DNA from: an uncultured Candidatus Poseidoniales archaeon
Lineage (GTDB): Archaea; Thermoplasmatota; Poseidoniia; Poseidoniales; Poseidoniaceae
DNA: 45,517 bases
Assembly (NCBI GenBank): GCA_964516645.1
Contig: CAZEXE010000008.1
Coordinates: forward strand, 1-45,517
Direction: 5' to 3'
This document shows positions 42,780 to 45,517 of this stretch, in pieces. The notes under the pieces were generated by a model, which was not told the DNA's origin, did not search any database, and saw only the letters and a list, made by a program, of their open reading frames with translations. Made by a program: the position numbers and the translations under genes. The stretch's first letter is position 1. Every line of letters begins with the position of its first letter.

Positions 42780-43805
42780 TCAATTCTTATCTGCCTCGCC
42801 TATGCTCTTGAACACACCATCAACAAGGCGGTTCAACTGGCGTAGAGTAACTTCTGAGACCTTTGCCACTTTACAAATTTCAGCTTGAGTTCTCTTGTGG
42901 CCGCTCTCTGCTGCTGCTTTGTAGATTAGAGCAGCTGCTACACCCATTGGTTTCTTGCCTTGCCAAAGATTGACATGTGGCTTGAGAGCAGCCCAAAGGT
43001 GGTCTACTTGCAATGAAATGTTGGCGGGTAACTTGAGGTCACTAATGAAACGACCAAAGTAATCTGCTGGACTGGAAATCTTGTGCATGTTGAACTTGCG
43101 AGAGATGTGACGAATCATGCGAGAGAGTTCTTTCTCGTTTACTTCGAAAATCTCACTTATCTCTTGAATCTGTCTTGGCACATTCTCTCTGCGAGCAACT
43201 AGATAGGTGCAAGCAGCAGTTACTCCTGCGATAGAACGACCTGTGACGAAGCCTTGGTGAGATAGAATCTTGTAGAGTCTACATACCTCTTCTTGCATGG
43301 ACTTAGGAAGTCCAGACTTGTCACGAACCATCTGATTGGCCTTAACTAGATTACGAGCACGGCTAGCACGAGACTTGGAACGGTCATCCATTACTCTGCG
43401 ACGATTCCAATCGCGACGGGCCTTTGCAGACATACCAAGGCGGCTTGCTGCACCTGAAGTCAAATCCGAACGGGAGATGGTAGTGTTCAAGCCCTTGTCA
43501 GCCAATGTGTATGTAGCTGGTGCTCCGATACGAGAACGGTCAGTGGTACTGTCATGGTTTGTCCAGTCGATACCTGGATCGATGACATTCTCTTCAACAA
43601 CCAAACCGCAACCACCGCAAGAGACCTCTCCACGGCTGTTGTCATTTGTCCAATCTAGAGTTCCACACTCATCACAAGGCTTGGTGTGGCCGTCTACGAC
43701 TCTACGCTGAGGACGGCTAGAACCAAGTCCCTTACGTGCTATGTTATTTCGTTGCATATTCTTCTTCTCATCCGCCTGGCGACGGGTTTCTTCATCTTGT
43801 GGCAT
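42780..43805 (-). CDS. tfb: Transcription initiation factor IIB (TFB)
   Basis: 341 aa. It has the N-terminal Zn ribbon CDECG...SCGGCGLVVEENVID, a B-reader/linker, and two cyclin-fold repeats (...GRSIAGVTAACTYLVAR..., ...GKKPMGVAAALIYKAA...). The ~40-aa basic N-terminal extension may reflect a later true start. Confidence 0.95.
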   Translation of the reverse strand: MPQDEETRRQADEKKNMQRNNIARKGLGSSRPQRRVVDGHTKPCDECGTLDWTNDNSRGEVSCGGCGLVVEENVIDPGIDWTNHDSTTDRSRIGAPATYTLADKGLNTTISRSDLTSGAASRLGMSAKARRDWNRRRVMDDRSKSRASRARNLVKANQMVRDKSGLPKSMQEEVCRLYKILSHQGFVTGRSIAGVTAACTYLVARRENVPRQIQEISEIFEVNEKELSRMIRHISRKFNMHKISSPADYFGRFISDLKLPANISLQVDHLWAALKPHVNLWQGKKPMGVAAALIYKAAAESGHKRTQAEICKVAKVSEVTLRQLNRLVDGVFKSIGEADKN

Positions 43806-43843
43806 ATCTTATCAACCCCGAGTTATGTAGTTGGGTCACAGGC

Positions 43844-43851
43844 TTATAAAG
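43844..43851 (-). promoter_or_regulatory. TATA-box-like element (minus strand CTTTATAA) upstream of tfb
   Basis: It is centred about 42 nt upstream of the tfb ATG (43805), consistent with a short 5' UTR. This rests on sequence pattern alone. Confidence 0.3.
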
Positions 43852-44080
43852 TTACCGGTGGCAATCCCTCTTTGTAGATGCGAGACTGCCCGTTGCAGGT
43901 ATCTTTTTTCCCGAGAACAATAGTTATGTGTTCTCGGAGTATTTAAACCCGTGGTTTTCTTGCATCAAAACCGAGTTTCCTTTACATGGAAACATCTCTT
44001 TCGAACCCTGTGCATTAGCGGGTGAAAATTATCGATTTTGACGGTTTTTCGGCAATAATCCCATGCGCATAGTTCATGCA

Positions 44081-44088
44081 CTATATGG
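44081..44088 (+). promoter_or_regulatory. TATA-box-like element CTATATGG upstream of purA (leaderless spacing)
   Basis: It is centred about 26 nt upstream of the purA ATG (44110), the spacing expected if transcription starts at or next to the start codon. Confidence 0.3.
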
Positions 44089-44109
44089 TCTGCGCTAGGG
44101 CTGAGAAGT

Positions 44110-45396
44110 ATGCCAGCCACAGTAGTGCTCGGGGCCCAGTGGGGAGATGAAGGTAAAGGAAAGCTAGTGGATAGGCTTGCAGAGAGCGCCACATGGGTCT
44201 CTAGATTCCAAGGCGGTAACAATGCAGGTCATACAGTAGTTCTAGGTGACAGAGTGCTGAAGTTCCACCTCTTGCCTTCTGGCATCACCCGCGAAGATTG
44301 TGGCTTAGTTTTGGGCGATGGGATGGTAATTGACCCGTGGGTCCTTGACAGAGAGTTGAATGATTGGGTTGAGGGTGGAGGAAGTGATCCATCTGGAAAA
44401 CGCCTATTCATCTCTAATCGCGCACACATCATTCTACCATTCCACACATACATCGATGGCCTCGATAAGAAGATTGGAACAACTGGGAGAGGAATCGGCC
44501 CTACATATGCCGACAAAATCAACCGCATAGGGCTTAGATTCGCAGACCTCCCTTACTGTGATTTTCAAGAAATGGCAGACCGCCAAAATAGCGCACTCGA
44601 AAATGCAGGTTGCCGACAAAGAGTAACTGCTGAAGAACTAGAGGAACAAATCTCTTGGATAAGAATGAGGTTTGGCCATGCGATTGCAGATACTGGAATT
44701 CTACTCGATAATGCACTGAAAATGGGTGATAGAATTATTCTTGAAGGAGCCCAGGGTTGTTTACTCGATATCGATCAAGGAACTTTCCCATTCGTAACAT
44801 CATCAATTACTTCCAGAGGCAATGCATCTCATGGTGCAGGAATCCATCCAGGTCATGTTGATACTGTGATTGGAATCACAAAGGCATACATTACCCGTGT
44901 TGGCAATGGTCACATGCCTACCGAATTATTCGATGAAATAGGAGATCACCTAACAACGGTAGGACACGAATTTGGAACAACAACCGGAAGAAAGCGACGT
45001 TGTGGCTGGTTTGATGCAGTCGTTATGCGCCATTCAAACCGAATCAATGGATTCACGGATATCGCTCTAACCAAGTTGGATGTATTAGGTGGGTTAGATG
45101 AAATCAAAATCTGTGTTGGATACAAGATGGGTGACAAAGAGATTAACGAAATGCCAGCAAGCGCTATTGCACTAGAAGACTGTGAACCAGTATATGTCAC
45201 AATGCCTGGCTTCCCTTCACAATCTCTTGAAGAGTGGTTGGGAATTGCAAGAAAATGCAACTCGGAAGGTCTCGGTTTTACTGGACTGCCTTCTGCAGCT
45301 CAGAATTACATTTCAAAACTAGAATCTATCCTAGGAGTTACAATCTCATCAGTGGGTCTCGGCCCTGACCGTGATGCTACAGTTGACCGCGTGTGA
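44110..45396 (+). CDS. purA: Adenylosuccinate synthase
   Basis: 428 aa. It has the P-loop GAQWGDEGKGK, then GGNNAGHT, TTGRGIGP, TTTGRKRRCGW and LTKLDVL. Confidence 0.96.
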   Translation: MPATVVLGAQWGDEGKGKLVDRLAESATWVSRFQGGNNAGHTVVLGDRVLKFHLLPSGITREDCGLVLGDGMVIDPWVLDRELNDWVEGGGSDPSGKRLFISNRAHIILPFHTYIDGLDKKIGTTGRGIGPTYADKINRIGLRFADLPYCDFQEMADRQNSALENAGCRQRVTAEELEEQISWIRMRFGHAIADTGILLDNALKMGDRIILEGAQGCLLDIDQGTFPFVTSSITSRGNASHGAGIHPGHVDTVIGITKAYITRVGNGHMPTELFDEIGDHLTTVGHEFGTTTGRKRRCGWFDAVVMRHSNRINGFTDIALTKLDVLGGLDEIKICVGYKMGDKEINEMPASAIALEDCEPVYVTMPGFPSQSLEEWLGIARKCNSEGLGFTGLPSAAQNYISKLESILGVTISSVGLGPDRDATVDRV

Positions 45397-45434
45397 ATCC
45401 TCAAAAGGGAGAAGCCTACCCGCTTGGTTTACTA

Positions 45435-45507
45435 GGGCGTTTAACTCAGCTGGAAGAGTGCTTGGTTTGCAACCAAGATGCCGGGGGTTCAAATCCCCCA
45501 ACGTCCA
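45435..45507 (+). tRNA. tRNA-Ala (UGC), no intron, CCA not fully encoded
   Basis: Hand-folded cloverleaf:
- acceptor GGGCGTT/AACGTCC with the G3:U70 Ala identity pair
- D arm ACTC-AGCTGGAA-GAGT
- anticodon arm CTTGG-TTTGCAA-CCAAG
- T arm GGGGG-TTCAAAT-CCCCC
- discriminator A. Confidence 0.92.
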
Positions 45508-45517
45508 CCTCTCCCTC

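Noticed and set aside
43965-44222. An 85-aa minus-strand ORF spanning the purA start region.
   Set aside because: It overlaps the highly conserved N-terminus of purA (the GAQWGDEGKGK region) in antisense and extends into promoter DNA. It shows no coding features.
224-45507. The window is bracketed by tRNA genes at both ends, so it could be a tRNA-targeted genomic island or integrated element.
   Set aside because: No integrase, transposase or phage/plasmid genes are present, and I could find no direct repeat of a tRNA 3' segment. The content is dominated by core housekeeping genes.

Overview
This is an archaeal chromosomal segment. The hallmarks are TFB, RFC small subunit, membrane-inserted LonB, archaeal-type AspRS, UPF0147, a FlaK/PibD-like A24 peptidase, and a tRNA with a canonical bulge-helix-bulge intron. 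It is moderately AT-rich and very gene-dense: about 30 genes, and all six convergent gene pairs abut or overlap. By inference only, it resembles a planktonic Thermoplasmatota-type genome such as Marine Group II/III.

About 40% of the window (18.3 kb) encodes four giant acidic cell-surface proteins of 3016, 859, 1089 and 1130 aa. All four share one topology: N-terminal signal peptide, huge repeat-built ectodomain, one C-terminal TM helix and a short cytoplasmic tail. Three of the four tails begin with an acidic run. The tails carry distinctive motifs: Trp-rich GWYxD..G..W..EW, a CxxC..CxxC zinc ribbon, and Pro-rich plus GWTMEQWAYYG.

The second notable block is a minus-strand gene string (27028 down to 15861). 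It holds a catalytic LigB-type extradiol dioxygenase, a degenerate LigB paralog fused to a RidA/YjgF deaminase domain, an ALDH8/HMSADH-like aldehyde dehydrogenase, an asparaginase_II-family protein, an LLM monooxygenase, an atypical SDR and an arylformamidase-like hydrolase. Together these suggest a 2-aminophenol/aminoaromatic meta-cleavage-like module.

Other oddities:
- an APC permease fused to an EF-hand pair
- a surface-anchored WCGPC thioredoxin-like domain
- a translationally coupled A24 peptidase / Cys-rich miniprotein / MBL-fold protein with a degenerate metal motif
- a bacterial-type MetK
- three perfect GC-rich intergenic hairpins

No rRNA, CRISPR, transposase, integrase or recognisable defence genes were seen. 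All domain calls come from motif recognition by eye; no searches were run.
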